Shown one piece after another: positions 17,954-17,960 of a stretch of DNA of 17,960 nucleotides (position 1 is its first letter; every line of letters begins with the position of its first letter). Below the pieces are notes generated by a model that saw only the letters and a program-made list of their open reading frames with translations, was not told the origin of the DNA and did no database searches. The stretch comes from Promethearchaeota archaeon (GTDB lineage: Archaea > Asgardarchaeota > Lokiarchaeia > Sigyniarchaeales > SOKP01), in assembly GCA_004524535.1 (NCBI GenBank), contig SDNY01000072.1:1-17960 (forward strand). The letters run 5' to 3'. Made by a program: the position numbers and the translations under genes.

Positions 17954-17960
17954 AATGATA

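Overview
AT-rich, gene-dense archaeal window. Its content points to an Asgard archaeon, probably Lokiarchaeia-like (inference from a Rab-type small GTPase, archaeal MfnA and AcdA-type genes, and small Cys/Zn proteins). It holds 16 credible CDSs: an ATP-cone/NrdD-like protein that lacks the glycyl-radical C-terminus and has degenerate active-site motifs, a MazG/YpjD pyrophosphohydrolase, an orphan Cys-rich PAS histidine kinase, mfnA, a double Zn-ribbon protein, a 579-aa Rab-like GTPase, panB, ilvE, a membrane protein, a small Zn-finger protein, an Fe-ADH, an ADP-forming acyl-CoA synthetase alpha-like subunit, a DUF3795-like protein, an OB-fold protein, a crotonase-family protein and one hypothetical. 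The GTPase carries tandem Pro-rich repeats, a charged helical repeat and a terminal Zn ribbon. No RNA genes, CRISPR array or mobile element were recognised. The two best candidates for something new are (1) the extended Rab-like GTPase with its convergent Zn-ribbon neighbour and (2) the intact but apparently non-catalytic pseudo-NrdD coupled to MazG.
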